From: Syntrophaceae bacterium
Lineage (GTDB): Bacteria; Desulfobacterota; Syntrophia; Syntrophales; Smithellaceae
Assembly (NCBI GenBank): GCA_018436925.1
Contig: JAHDKI010000017.1
Coordinates: 88,288 to 152,287 of the forward strand
Reading direction: 5' to 3'
Length of the DNA: 64,000 bases
Positions 1-9,881 of this stretch are shown piece after piece (the first letter of the stretch is position 1; every line of letters begins with the position of its first letter). The position numbers and the translations under genes are program-made. The notes under the pieces were generated by a model. It had not been told where the DNA came from, did not search any database, and saw only the letters and a program-made list of their open reading frames with translations.

Positions 1-1279
1 GAAGATCTTCGCGGTGATCCGGATGCGCAATATCAATCATCGCCAGCGCCCTCTCGCGGATGGACTTGCCGAAGAGATTGGCCACGCCGTACTCGGTGAC
101 GATGTACTTGACGACGCCCAATGTGCTGTGAGGATTGTCCGTGTCGCAGTCGTGCCGGATGACGATGTTGCTTTTTCCCTCTTTATCGACGGAGTTGAGC
201 GCGACGATGGCTTTTCCCTTTTTGGATATGGTGGCGGCGATGGCGAAATTGAGTTTGCTTTCATAGCCGGTGAGCAGATTGTCGCCGGAATGAAAAATCA
301 CCGATTCGCCGGAGATGTCGATCTTTTTAACATTCATGATGCCGACGAGGTTTTGGATGCGCCGCACGACAAACGGGTTGCTCAGTCGCGCGATCGGATA
401 AAACTCAAAAATCGGATTGCGGTTGACATAATCATAGAGCGCCCGGGTGCCGTAGCAGTAGCTTGCGGTCACCAGTCCTCCGGAATACCGGCTTCGGTCC
501 AGAGGGACCGTGCCGGATTCAATCAGATCAATCGCCCAGTCGGAAATGACATGGGTGAGAATGCCGAGGTTCTTTTTGCTTTTCAAATGAGACGCGACGG
601 CGCTGAAAATTTTTCCGACATGCAGCGCCACAGTGGCCCCGTCTTCAATGAGGTTGGCGATATTCCAGCCGATGCGGTCCGTTGTGTCGTTGTAAGGCTT
701 GTTTTCGCGTTCCAGAAGGGGCAAGTCGCTTTCGATGAAGTGGTCAAAACTGCTGATGTGAACGGCCGTCTCGCCGCGGGTCACCGGCATGTGCGGATTG
801 ATTTCGGCCACCACCATCTGCGCCTGCTTGATTACGATATTGGCGACATCGACCGAGACCCCCAGAGACATGAAGCCCTTGTCGTCCGGGACGGAGGTTT
901 GAATGACGGCGATATCCACGCCGACGGCGCCGGACAGAAAAATGTACGGCAATTCCATCAGATTGGCGGGAATGAAATCGACTTTGCCTTCGGCCACTTC
1001 CTTGCTGATGCTCTCACCGATATTGAAGGTTTTCAGCCGGTACTGGCGGGCGTTGGAATGCGACAGGTAATCGCCCAGTGTGATGAGCTGAATGATTTCC
1101 AGATCGCGAATGTTGCGGGCTTCAGAGCGCGCGATGGCGGCGAGCGTTTTGCCCGGCGCCGCCACGCCGCTGGTGACGAAAATTTTCTGGCCCGGACGAA
1201 ATTTCTCAAGCAGATCATCCGTGCTGATGACTTTGGCTTGCCAGTCGAGGCAGTGCGCTGTCTTTTCGTTTTCGCTCAT
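1..1279 (-). CDS. acetyl-CoA hydrolase/transferase family protein (4-hydroxybutyrate / succinyl-CoA:acetate CoA-transferase-like); C-terminus runs off the window
   Basis: Absent from the ORF track because it is open to the window edge. My translation from the ATG (complement of 1277-1279) has no stops: MSENEKTAHCLDWQAKVISTDDLLEKFRPGQKIFVTSGVAAPG...KVDFIPANLMELPYIF...VTEYGVANLFGKSIRERALAMIDIAHPDHRE. The plus-strand ORF 14..1312 is its antisense shadow. Confidence 0.8.
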   Translation of the reverse strand, partial: MSENEKTAHCLDWQAKVISTDDLLEKFRPGQKIFVTSGVAAPGKTLAAIARSEARNIRDLEIIQLITLGDYLSHSNARQYRLKTFNIGESISKEVAEGKVDFIPANLMELPYIFLSGAVGVDIAVIQTSVPDDKGFMSLGVSVDVANIVIKQAQMVVAEINPHMPVTRGETAVHISSFDHFIESDLPLLERENKPYNDTTDRIGWNIANLIEDGATVALHVGKIFSAVASHLKSKKNLGILTHVISDWAIDLIESGTVPLDRSRYSGGLVTASYCYGTRALYDYVNRNPIFEFYPIARLSNPFVVRRIQNLVGIMNVKKIDISGESVIFHSGDNLLTGYESKLNFAIAATISKKGKAIVALNSVDKEGKSNIVIRHDCDTDNPHSTLGVVKYIVTEYGVANLFGKSIRERALAMIDIAHPDHREDL

Positions 1280-1595
1280 TGTTTGAACGGTCATTCCCCG
1301 GATTCGAATTGATCGGTCATCATGAAAAGTCCGACCCGACCGGGTGCAAGATAGAATATTTGACAAAAATAATCAATTCTTCTTGCGCGCGATCGGTAAG
1401 ATGTGCCTTAAATCACAAAACGGGCGCCTTCTTTGCCTGTTTTATTTAAAAGTGGCCGCCGCCGATTAAACTTTATTGCAATAAATGCCGAAAATACTTA
1501 CATTCATCCCTGACTTGTGACAAGGGACACAGATCGGGCCGCAAGCCGTATTGTATAGAAGAACCATCAAAACCTTTTTAAAAGAAAGGCCGCTT

Positions 1596-4418
1596 ATGGA
1601 CAAAAGCAGAGCCGACGAAATCAAAACCCTGAGGCGTCAGATTGCCGATCTGGAGGATATCATTACCGAGTGCCGGCAGGTGATCGAACCGCTCAAGGAA
1701 AGCGAACAACACTACCGACTGATCGCTGAAAACACCCCCGCCTGGGTCTTCTGGCTCGACGCCGATGACAAGCTGATTTACGTGTCTCCGTCGTGCCGCC
1801 AGATCACGGGCTATACGCCGGAGGAGTTTCACAAAGACAAATCCCTGTTGTTCAAAATCATCCATTCTTATGACCGGTCGCTCTTCGAAGAACACCGCCG
1901 TCTGGCCCATCGAACCAAATCCACGGGCGAGGAAGACTTCCGCATCGTCCGCAAGGACGGTCAGACGCGATGGATCAACCATGTCTGCCGGGCCGTCCAC
2001 ACCGACGACGGCGAGTTTGCGGGAATCGTCTCCCATAACCGCGACATTACCGAGCAAAAAACATTCTCTGATCGTCTGGAAGAAAGCGAAAAACTCTGCG
2101 CGATGCTGGCCGATCATATCAACGACGTGGTGTGGACGCTCGACACCAATAGTCTGAAACTGACCTATGTGAGCCCGTCGGTTGAACGGTTCAGGGGATA
2201 CACGGCAAACGAAACCCTGCGCCAGAATCTCGACGACATGCTGGCCCCCGGCTCTTTCAAGGCTGCCAAAGAGCTTCTGGCCGAGGAACTGGCCCTTGAG
2301 CGGGCCGGCGGATCGGATCCGAACCGGTCGCGCACGCTTGAGTTGGAGTACCGCCGCAAAGACGGCTCGAGCGCCTGGATGGAATGCCGTGTGACGGCCA
2401 TCCGCGACGTCAAGGGAGCGGTTTCAGAACTTCTGGGCGTATCGCGCGACATCACCGGCCTGAGGGACCTGGAGGTGGCCAAGCTCGCCTGCGAAGAGCA
2501 ATCCGCCGTCTATGAAAAGAAGCATAAAAGCGCGGAGGCTCGTCTGCGCGCGATTATGAGCGCTTCGGCCGACGGCTTGATCCTGATGGATACGGAAGGC
2601 AAAACCCTGGCGGCCAATGAAACGGCCGCCCGCTATTTCGGTACGGATTCGGACGCGCTTTTGAAAAAACGGCTGTATTTTCATCTGCTGCCGCATGCGC
2701 TGGTCGAGAAGCATCGAAAAATCGTTCAGGACGTGCAAAAATCCGGCAAGCCGGTCCGTTTCGAAGAAACGCTGGCGGGCAAATCTCTTTTGATCGCCGT
2801 GCATCCGGTGGCCGGTCCCGACGGCAGAATTGCGCAAATGCTCATCTGCGCGACGGAACTGACCGACCGGAAAAATGCGGAAGCGGCAGTTGAAGAAAGC
2901 AGGCAAAAAATGTCGGCGCTCTTTGCGCAGGAAGAAAGACGTCTGGCCTTCTTTTTCGAAAAACACCCCGCCCCCATGCTGCTTCTCGATCCCGACCGGG
3001 GCGTTATCGCGGATGCCACACCGGCTGCCTGCGCTTTTTACGGATGGAAGAAAAACGAGCTGGCGGGCAGGAAAATGTCCGAGATCAATATTCTAACGGC
3101 GGAAGAGAATCTCTCCGAGATGCGCCGGAATCTGATGGGACCGGGCGCCCCGTCCGTTTACAAGCATCGGCTGGCCGACGGCACCATTCGGGACGTGATG
3201 GTCGCCGCCGGCCCCATGGAACTGCACGGCAAAACGATGATCTGCGCGGTGATAACGGATATCACTGAGCGCCTGCGCATGGAAAATTCGCTTAAGCAGG
3301 CCGAAGGGCCCGGCGCCCTCGGTATTCTGGCGGGAGGCATCGCGAGGGACTTCAATAACCTGATGACGATCGTTCAGGGATATATCGATGTGGCGCTTCT
3401 CGACGTGCCGGAGAATTCGGTCATCCGCCAATCCCTGCGTCAGGCTCAGGACACTGTTGAAAAAACCCGCGCCATTACAGGCCGGCTGCTTCAGTTTTCT
3501 CAGACGGACGCGCCGCAGCTTCAGCCCCGACGGATCGACAGGATCATTGCCGATACGGTGACGGAGGCCGTCAAATCGGAATCCATAGAGCTGACGCTCG
3601 ACATTCCACGGGATCTTTGGCCGGTGGCGGCGGATGAAAACCGGATCCGGCAATGTCTCCGACATCTGGCGGAAAACGCCCAGGAGGCGATGCCCGGCGC
3701 GGGCAAGCTTTCCGTTTTTGCCGAAAACGTCGAGCTTCACGAGGCGGACGACTTGCCGCTCAACGACGGCCCCTACGTCAAAGTCAGCGTCAGCGATACC
3801 GGGCAGGGCATCCCCCGTGAGAATCTGTCGAAAATATTCGATCCCTTCTTTTCCACCAAAACACCGGAAGATGAAAAAAGGCTCGGTCTCGGACTCGCCT
3901 TGTGCCATGCAGTCGTGAATCAGCATGGCGGGTATATTACCGCCGAGTCAGAAGAGGGACAAGGCGCCCGGTTCATTTTTTACCTGCCGGCCCGACCGGA
4001 TGCCGAGATTCCTCAGTCCGTCGAGGAAAAACCGCCGGTTCGCAGGCGTCTTCTGATCATGGACGATGACGAAGACGTCCGCAAGATTCTCAGGCTCTAC
4101 GCCGAGCAGCTGGGATATGAAACCCAGGCGGCGGCGGAAGGCCAGGAGGCGATTCGGCTTTACCGGGAGGCGCTCGACAACGGATCAGCCTATGACGCGG
4201 TGCTCATGGAATTGTCCGTCAAACAGGGGCTGGGCGGAGAGGCCGCGCTTCCGAAATTGCTCGGCATCGATCCGGCGGTGAAAGCCGTCGCCGTGCTATC
4301 GAATTATGATGCCTCCAAACAGCACGATTTTAACAAGCGCGGGTTTGCCGCAGCGTTGGGAAAACCTTTCCGCCTGGACGATGTGCGTCGCATTTTGCAG
4401 GGTCTTTTCGCGGCCTGA
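1596..4418 (+). CDS. multi-PAS hybrid histidine-kinase-like protein with C-terminal receiver; both phospho-acceptor positions substituted
   Basis: ATG 1596 follows AAAGAAAGG (the track start TTG 1551 is less likely). Repeated PAS-like segments. DHp box reads GIARDFNNLMTIV, with Arg where His is expected. ATPase boxes DTGQGI and GLGLGLA are present. Receiver reads LLIMDDDEDV...AVLMELSV...GKPF, with Glu where Asp is expected. Confidence 0.85.
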   Translation: MDKSRADEIKTLRRQIADLEDIITECRQVIEPLKESEQHYRLIAENTPAWVFWLDADDKLIYVSPSCRQITGYTPEEFHKDKSLLFKIIHSYDRSLFEEHRRLAHRTKSTGEEDFRIVRKDGQTRWINHVCRAVHTDDGEFAGIVSHNRDITEQKTFSDRLEESEKLCAMLADHINDVVWTLDTNSLKLTYVSPSVERFRGYTANETLRQNLDDMLAPGSFKAAKELLAEELALERAGGSDPNRSRTLELEYRRKDGSSAWMECRVTAIRDVKGAVSELLGVSRDITGLRDLEVAKLACEEQSAVYEKKHKSAEARLRAIMSASADGLILMDTEGKTLAANETAARYFGTDSDALLKKRLYFHLLPHALVEKHRKIVQDVQKSGKPVRFEETLAGKSLLIAVHPVAGPDGRIAQMLICATELTDRKNAEAAVEESRQKMSALFAQEERRLAFFFEKHPAPMLLLDPDRGVIADATPAACAFYGWKKNELAGRKMSEINILTAEENLSEMRRNLMGPGAPSVYKHRLADGTIRDVMVAAGPMELHGKTMICAVITDITERLRMENSLKQAEGPGALGILAGGIARDFNNLMTIVQGYIDVALLDVPENSVIRQSLRQAQDTVEKTRAITGRLLQFSQTDAPQLQPRRIDRIIADTVTEAVKSESIELTLDIPRDLWPVAADENRIRQCLRHLAENAQEAMPGAGKLSVFAENVELHEADDLPLNDGPYVKVSVSDTGQGIPRENLSKIFDPFFSTKTPEDEKRLGLGLALCHAVVNQHGGYITAESEEGQGARFIFYLPARPDAEIPQSVEEKPPVRRRLLIMDDDEDVRKILRLYAEQLGYETQAAAEGQEAIRLYREALDNGSAYDAVLMELSVKQGLGGEAALPKLLGIDPAVKAVAVLSNYDASKQHDFNKRGFAAALGKPFRLDDVRRILQGLFAA

Positions 4419-4448
4419 CGCCGGCTAAAGCCGGGTTGATGTTGACAA

Positions 4449-4477
4449 TTGACACGCAGGGGATTCGAGCCTATAAT
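4449..4477 (+). promoter_or_regulatory. consensus sigma-70 promoter (TTGACA-17 nt-TATAAT)
   Basis: TTGACA at 4449-4454, a 17-nt spacer, then TATAAT at 4472-4477. It lies about 29 nt upstream of the GTG start at 4506. Confidence 0.6.
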
Positions 4478-4505
4478 CGCGCAACTTTTCCCAAAGGAGT
4501 CTGTT

Positions 4506-5207
4506 GTGAGAAAATTAGCCGCGGTTTGGTGTCTGATGGCGATGCTTTTTCCCGGGTGTTCATCGGCGGAGAAGCTGTCTCCGGAGGCGCAATTTAAACA
4601 AAGCTTTCCCGACAAAACGTATGAAACCTTCAAAGCCACTTCCGTTCCCGGCGTCTACGAGCTGTATAATGGACGGCAAATTTTCTATTATCTGCCGTCG
4701 GCAGATGTGGTGCTGTACGGAAGCCTGGTGACGAAAGACGGCGTCAATCTGACGCGCGAGAGCCACCTTCAGAAGATGACGCCGAAATTTGCTTCCCTGC
4801 CTTTGGATCAAGCGCTTAAAGTGGGCAACGGCAAGAAAATCGTCGTGGAGTTCACCGATCCGAATTGTCCGTATTGCCGCCAGGGATTTGAATTTTTCAA
4901 CAAGATTAAAGAGGATGTCACCCTCTATATTTTTTTAGTCCCTCTGTCGGCCGACTCCGAGCGCAAAATCCGCCATATTCTTTGTTCGTCGGACCGGGTT
5001 CGGGCCTATGAGGAGGTTTTCTCGGGAAAATTTGACTCAGGCTCCGGTCTCAATGCCTGCAAGGATCCGAAGGTTGGAGAGCAAATGCGCGCGCATCGGG
5101 ATCTCGCGCAGCACGTCGGCCTTCGCGGCACGCCGCTGTTTTATCTTCGCGGAAAAGTTGTAGACGGGTTTGACCCGCCTGCGCTTCAAACCCTTTTAGA
5201 GGAATAA
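4506..5207 (+). CDS. DsbC/DsbG-like thiol:disulfide interchange lipoprotein (thioredoxin fold)
   Basis: GTG 4506 lies 6 nt after GGAG and downstream of the promoter. Signal and lipobox MRKLAAVWCLMAMLFPGC. CxxC motif in FTDPNCPYCRQ. Confidence 0.75.
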   Translation: MRKLAAVWCLMAMLFPGCSSAEKLSPEAQFKQSFPDKTYETFKATSVPGVYELYNGRQIFYYLPSADVVLYGSLVTKDGVNLTRESHLQKMTPKFASLPLDQALKVGNGKKIVVEFTDPNCPYCRQGFEFFNKIKEDVTLYIFLVPLSADSERKIRHILCSSDRVRAYEEVFSGKFDSGSGLNACKDPKVGEQMRAHRDLAQHVGLRGTPLFYLRGKVVDGFDPPALQTLLEE

Positions 5208-5222
5208 CTCAAGGAGGCATTT

Positions 5223-5480
5223 ATGAAAAAATGGAGTTGTGTTTTGAGTTTTGCGGTCGGAATGTGCCTGATGACCGGCTTTGCCTGGGCGCAGCCGGCA
5301 GGCAAAGCGTTGGTGGATCAAGCCTGCGCCAAATGCCACAACACCAAACGGGTCTATAGCGCCAAAAAAACGCCGGATCAGTGGGAGCAGACTCTTGACA
5401 GGATGATCAAGAAAGGCGCGGCGGTGAGCCCCGATCAACGAAAAGCTGTCCTGGACTTCCTCAACACCCTGAATAAATGA
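5223..5480 (+). CDS. small secreted monoheme c-type cytochrome
   Basis: AAGGAGG RBS, a signal peptide, and a single CxxCH heme motif (ACAKCHN). 85 aa. Confidence 0.7.
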   Translation: MKKWSCVLSFAVGMCLMTGFAWAQPAGKALVDQACAKCHNTKRVYSAKKTPDQWEQTLDRMIKKGAAVSPDQRKAVLDFLNTLNK

Positions 5481-5488
5481 TGAAATAG

Positions 5489-5524
5489 AAGAGGCCGGCT
5501 CAGAGTGTTGAGCCGGCCTCTTTT
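5489..5524. terminator. bidirectional rho-independent terminator (cytochrome gene / metG)
   Basis: Perfect 12-bp stem GAGGCCGGCTCA / TGAGCCGGCCTC with a 6-nt loop. TTTT follows on the plus strand and an A-rich run precedes it. It sits between convergent genes. Confidence 0.75.
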
Positions 5525-5533
5525 GTATTGATC

Positions 5534-7429
5534 CTAGCGGATTTTTCCGCCGGTTTTCGCCTCCCGGTCGAATCCCAGAAGTGTCAACCCCGCCGGAGAA
5601 TCCGTGGCGAGCAGCATGCCGCGCGATTCGACGCCCATCAGTTTTGCCGGCTTGAGGTTGGCCACCACCACAATGGATTTCCCCACCAGCTCCTCCGGTT
5701 TGTAATCTTTGCCGATGCCGGCGACAAGGGTTCTTTCCTCGCCGATGTCGACTTTCAGCTCGATGAGCTTGTCGGATTTCGGAACCCGCCGGGCCTCCAG
5801 GATTTTGGCCACCCGCAGGTCCACTTTGGCGAAATCATCGTACTCGATTTCCGGCTTCAATTCGACAGCGGGCTTTGACGGCTGAACGGGCTTGTCTTTT
5901 TCAGGCTCCACGCGCGGAAAAAGCGAGTCGCCCCGATCCAGCAATCCGCCCTCCGGCAGAGGCGCGCGGTTTCGGATGCTGTCGAGGCTTAAGGCGTCCG
6001 ATGTCCCGACGCCGATTTGCGCGAGAATCTTTTCCCCGGCCTGCGGCATAAAGGGAGAAATGAAGATCGCCACGGCGCGCAGGGCCTCCAAAAGGCGATA
6101 CAGGATGACGGACAGCTTTTCGCGATTGGCCGGGTCTTTGGCCAGGTTCCACGGTTCATTTTCGACGATGTACTTGTTGGCGGCGCCGATCAGCTCCCAG
6201 ATGGCCGAAAGCGCCTTGTGCAGGGACATTTCGGCAAAACAGGCTTCGACATCCGATGCGACTCTGACGGCCAGGTCCGCCAATCCGCTTTGTTCGCCCT
6301 CCGGCGGAGCGGCGGGAATCTTTCCGTTTAAGTACTTGATCGCCATGGTGACGGAGCGGCTGACCAGGTTGCCCAGATCGTTGGCCAGATCGGAGTTGAG
6401 CCTGGCGACAAAGGCTTCTTCGGAGAATGTGGAATCAAGTCCGAAAACCATGTCGCGAAGCAGGAAATAGCGGAAGGCGTCGAGCCCGTACTTGTCTTTC
6501 AGATCGAGCGGGCGGACGACGTTTCCGAGACTTTTGGACATTTTGCCTGTGTCCATGATCCAGTAGCCGTGGACATTCAGATTCCGGTAAGGCTCGATGC
6601 CCGCCGCTTTGAGCATGGTGGGCCAGTAAATGCCGTGCGGCTTTAAGATGTCTTTGGCGATCAGGTGCTGAGCTTCGGGCCAGAACTTTTTGAAGTTTGC
6701 GCCGTCGGGATAACCCAGCGCGGTCACGTAGTTGATCAGCGCGTCGAACCAGACATACGTGACGTACTGAGCGTCAAAGGGGAGTTCAATGCCCCAGTCC
6801 AGGCGGGTTTTGGGCCGCGAGATGCACAGATCCTCCAGCGGCTCGCGCAGGAAGGCCAGCACTTCGTTTTTGTATCGCTCCGGACGGATGAAATCCGGGT
6901 TTTTCTGAATATGGCTAATCAGCCAGTTCTGATATTTGCTCATCCGGAAAAAGTAGTTGCTCTCCTTGCGATGCTCCGGTTCGGTCTGATGATCCGGGCA
7001 TTTGCCGTCCACGAGTTCCTTTTCCGTATAGAACCGTTCGCAGCCGACGCAGTAATAGCCTTCGTAAGCGTCGAAATAGATATCCCCCGCGTCATAGACC
7101 TTCTGCAAAATGGAGCGGACCGTGTCGATGTGATCGGCATCCGTCGTGCGGATGAAATAATCATGCTGCACCGACAGCTCGGGCCACAAGGCGCGAAACT
7201 GGGCGCTCACGCCGTCGGCGTATTGCTTGGGTGTGATATTCGCCTTCCGGGCGGCTTCGGCGATCTTGTCTCCGTGCTCGTCCGTGCCGGTGACAAAGAA
7301 GGTCTCGCGTCCGGACATGCGGGCGAACCGGGCCAGCACATCAGCGACGATGGTGGTATAGGCGTGTCCGATGTGTGGGGACGCATTGACATAATAGATC
7401 GGGGTGGTGATGTAAAATGGTTTTGACAT
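5534..7429 (-). CDS. metG: methionine--tRNA ligase with C-terminal tRNA-binding (Trbp111/EMAP-like) domain
   Basis: MSKPFYITTPIYYVNASPHIGHAYT (HIGH motif), KMSKSLGN (KMSKS motif), C-terminal AKVDLRVAKILEA...VVANLKPAKLMGVES. The track's 53-codon N-terminal extension overlaps the upstream gene region and was trimmed. Confidence 0.95.
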   Translation of the reverse strand: MSKPFYITTPIYYVNASPHIGHAYTTIVADVLARFARMSGRETFFVTGTDEHGDKIAEAARKANITPKQYADGVSAQFRALWPELSVQHDYFIRTTDADHIDTVRSILQKVYDAGDIYFDAYEGYYCVGCERFYTEKELVDGKCPDHQTEPEHRKESNYFFRMSKYQNWLISHIQKNPDFIRPERYKNEVLAFLREPLEDLCISRPKTRLDWGIELPFDAQYVTYVWFDALINYVTALGYPDGANFKKFWPEAQHLIAKDILKPHGIYWPTMLKAAGIEPYRNLNVHGYWIMDTGKMSKSLGNVVRPLDLKDKYGLDAFRYFLLRDMVFGLDSTFSEEAFVARLNSDLANDLGNLVSRSVTMAIKYLNGKIPAAPPEGEQSGLADLAVRVASDVEACFAEMSLHKALSAIWELIGAANKYIVENEPWNLAKDPANREKLSVILYRLLEALRAVAIFISPFMPQAGEKILAQIGVGTSDALSLDSIRNRAPLPEGGLLDRGDSLFPRVEPEKDKPVQPSKPAVELKPEIEYDDFAKVDLRVAKILEARRVPKSDKLIELKVDIGEERTLVAGIGKDYKPEELVGKSIVVVANLKPAKLMGVESRGMLLATDSPAGLTLLGFDREAKTGGKIR

Positions 7430-7460
7430 AGGGCATTTTTCCTCACAAGGCCAAGCGATA

Positions 7461-8210
7461 TTATTTTCTTCCGGCTTGGGGCGGTTTGGATTTTTTCTGA
7501 GGCGCCGGCGCCGGGTCACCTGACGGATCGGCGCCCTGCGGGGCGGTCTTGGGGATTTTTTTGGCCTGCGCATAGCCTTCATGTTCATAGGACAGACAGC
7601 ACATAAGCCGTCCGCACAGGCCGGAAATCTTTTCGGGATTGAGCGACATGCTTTGCTCTTTGGCCATTTTGACGGTCACGCGGTCCAGATTCTGCAAGAC
7701 GCCGGCGCAGCAGACCTCGCGCCCGCAGATGGCCAGACCCTTGACGATCCGGGTTTCCTGTCTGGCGCCGATTTGCTTGAGTTCAATGCGTGTTTTAAAT
7801 TTTGCGACCAGATCTTTGACCAACTCCCGGAAGTCCACCCGGTTGTCGGCCGTGAAATAAAAGATGATCTTGCTTCGATCAAAGAGCGTTTCCACCGCGA
7901 CCAGTTTCATCACCAGTCCTTTTTCCAGGATCTTTTCCCTGCAAAAGGCTTTGGCCTGAGCTTCGAGCTGTTCGTTTTCTTCGCGGACGCGCAGATCGTC
8001 CGGAGTGACTTTGCGGATGACTTTTTTGAGATTCGGCGGCAGCGCTTCAGGCGCGCACCGCTCCACATCGGCGACCACAATGCCCAAGGCGGGGCCGTTG
8101 TCCGTCTGGACGATGACCTGGTCTTTTTTTCGCAGGATCAGATCGCCCGCGTCGAAGCTGTAGATTCTGCCTTCTTTTTTGAATTTAACGCCGATGATGT
8201 TGGTCAGCAC
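7461..8210 (-). CDS. PSP1 domain protein (YaaT/RicT-like)
   Basis: IGVKFKKEGRIYSFDAGDL...CGRLMCCLSYEH Cys motif. It occupies the conserved position between holB and metG. Confidence 0.85.
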   Translation of the reverse strand: MLTNIIGVKFKKEGRIYSFDAGDLILRKKDQVIVQTDNGPALGIVVADVERCAPEALPPNLKKVIRKVTPDDLRVREENEQLEAQAKAFCREKILEKGLVMKLVAVETLFDRSKIIFYFTADNRVDFRELVKDLVAKFKTRIELKQIGARQETRIVKGLAICGREVCCAGVLQNLDRVTVKMAKEQSMSLNPEKISGLCGRLMCCLSYEHEGYAQAKKIPKTAPQGADPSGDPAPAPQKKSKPPQAGRK

Positions 8211-8238
8211 GATGAGGGTTCCATTTCCGTCCGTTCTT

Positions 8239-9219
8239 TTACAGGCGAAGCTTAAATGCCATTGTTTCCAATGTCAACGATTTGTTCACACTCATTTCCA
8301 GCAGGGCGGCGGCGCGCTCGATGCCCGCCAGATTTGCAAGAAGGTTTTCTGCTTTGGCGCGTTTGCACAGATCCGTAATCAGGCCTGCGTGATCGGAATT
8401 GATCACCAGACCGGGATTGGCCGTTTCGCCCAGCACCAGCGCGTCGCGGAAAAATGATTTCAGAATATCCAGGCCCTGGCGGGCGTCGTTTTTCTCCCGC
8501 CCGAGCAAGGCGGCCATAGACAGCAGGCTCTGCGGGCTTTCTGTGCTGGCCTGCGCCAACAAGCGGGCCAGATCCGAGCGGTAAGCCAGATAATCGGCAT
8601 CCTGCAGATCCATCGCCGCCGCCATCGAGCCCTGACTCAAATTCGCAAGCAGCGTTGCCTGTGCCGGATCGACGTCGCGCCGGTCGATCAGAAATCGTTC
8701 GATCGTTTCGGCAGGCAGGGGGCTGAAGCGCAGATGTCGGCAGCGGGAAACGATCGTCGGCGGAAGCCAGTCGGGCCTTGCCGTGATCAGGATGAGCACA
8801 TTGGACACGGTGGGCTCTTCGAGGGTTTTCAAAAGCGCATTGGCGGCCTGCTCGTTCATTTTGTCCGCGTCGTCGATGATGACCACCCGACGCGAGGCTT
8901 CAAGCGGTTTAAAGGTCATCTGCTTATGAATGTCCCGCACGGCGTCGATGCGCAGAAACTGACGCTCGGTGGACAGGACGTGAAGATCGGGATGATTTTG
9001 CGCGGCGATCTTTCGACAGGCGGGACAATGACCGCAGGCGTCCGCAGGCTCCGGAACCGCTTCGCAATTGATCGTCTGGGCAAACGCCAGCGCAACGGCC
9101 TTTTTGCCGATTCCGGACAGGCCGCTGAAAAGATAGGCATGGGCCACGCGTCCGCCGGCAATGGTTTTTTGCAGCATTGCGATTTGCCGGCTATGTCCGC
9201 AGACGTCGGAAAAAGGCAT
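8239..9219 (-). CDS. holB: DNA polymerase III subunit delta prime
   Basis: AHAYLFSGLSGIGKK P-loop-like motif, Cys cluster CGHCPACRK, and position immediately after tmk. Confidence 0.9.
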   Translation of the reverse strand: MPFSDVCGHSRQIAMLQKTIAGGRVAHAYLFSGLSGIGKKAVALAFAQTINCEAVPEPADACGHCPACRKIAAQNHPDLHVLSTERQFLRIDAVRDIHKQMTFKPLEASRRVVIIDDADKMNEQAANALLKTLEEPTVSNVLILITARPDWLPPTIVSRCRHLRFSPLPAETIERFLIDRRDVDPAQATLLANLSQGSMAAAMDLQDADYLAYRSDLARLLAQASTESPQSLLSMAALLGREKNDARQGLDILKSFFRDALVLGETANPGLVINSDHAGLITDLCKRAKAENLLANLAGIERAAALLEMSVNKSLTLETMAFKLRL

Positions 9220-9224
9220 GGTCT

Positions 9225-9881
9225 TTACCCGGCCTGTGCTGGACGATTCAAAAATCGCAGCAGGTGTTCGCTGACCCGCTTTCGAACGGTTTCCACATCG
9301 CCTGACGCGTCGATCAGGCGAAACCGGTCCGGGTCTTCGCGGGACAGCCGCAGATAGCCTTCGCGGACGCGGTTGTGGAAATCGATTTCTTCGCGTTCGA
9401 AACGATCCGCCAGCGCCGGGTTTTCCAGCTTTTCGTCGCGGCGCCTGGCTCGGGCCAGGCCCGCCTCAACGGGCAGGTCGAAAAGAAGGGTCAACGCGGG
9501 TTTCAGGCTTTGCGCACTGTAATCGTTAAGCACAGAGAGCATGCGCATATCGAGCCTTCGGCCCGATCCCTGGTAGGCGAAGGTCGCGTCGGCGAAGCGG
9601 TCGCACAACACCACTTTGTCTTCGGCCAGGGCGGGTGAAATGACTTCCCGCACATGCTGGGCGCGCGCGGCGAAAAAAAGCAGCACCTCCGTCTCGGCGC
9701 ACATCGAGTCATGACTGCGATCAAACAGAATCGCGCCGATTTTTCGGCCGATTGCGGTTCCGGACGGTTCCGAAGTCAGAATCGCGGGAATGCCGTTTTC
9801 CCGAAGAAGCTGCGCGGCAAGCCGAATCTGGGTGGATTTGCCTGAGCCTTCGCCCCCTTCGAATGTAATGAATCGGTTCAT
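9225..9881 (-). CDS. tmk: thymidylate kinase
   Basis: FITFEGGEGSGKSTQ P-loop and DRFADATFAYQG LID-region pattern. Confidence 0.95.
   Translation of the reverse strand: MNRFITFEGGEGSGKSTQIRLAAQLLRENGIPAILTSEPSGTAIGRKIGAILFDRSHDSMCAETEVLLFFAARAQHVREVISPALAEDKVVLCDRFADATFAYQGSGRRLDMRMLSVLNDYSAQSLKPALTLLFDLPVEAGLARARRRDEKLENPALADRFEREEIDFHNRVREGYLRLSREDPDRFRLIDASGDVETVRKRVSEHLLRFLNRPAQAG

Noticed and set aside
14-1312. 432-aa plus-strand ORF at the window start
   Set aside because: The sequence is low-complexity and Arg/Gly/Asp/Val-rich with no recognisable motifs. The opposite strand encodes a stop-free acetyl-CoA hydrolase/transferase with clear family motifs. This is an antisense shadow ORF, typical of GC-rich DNA.
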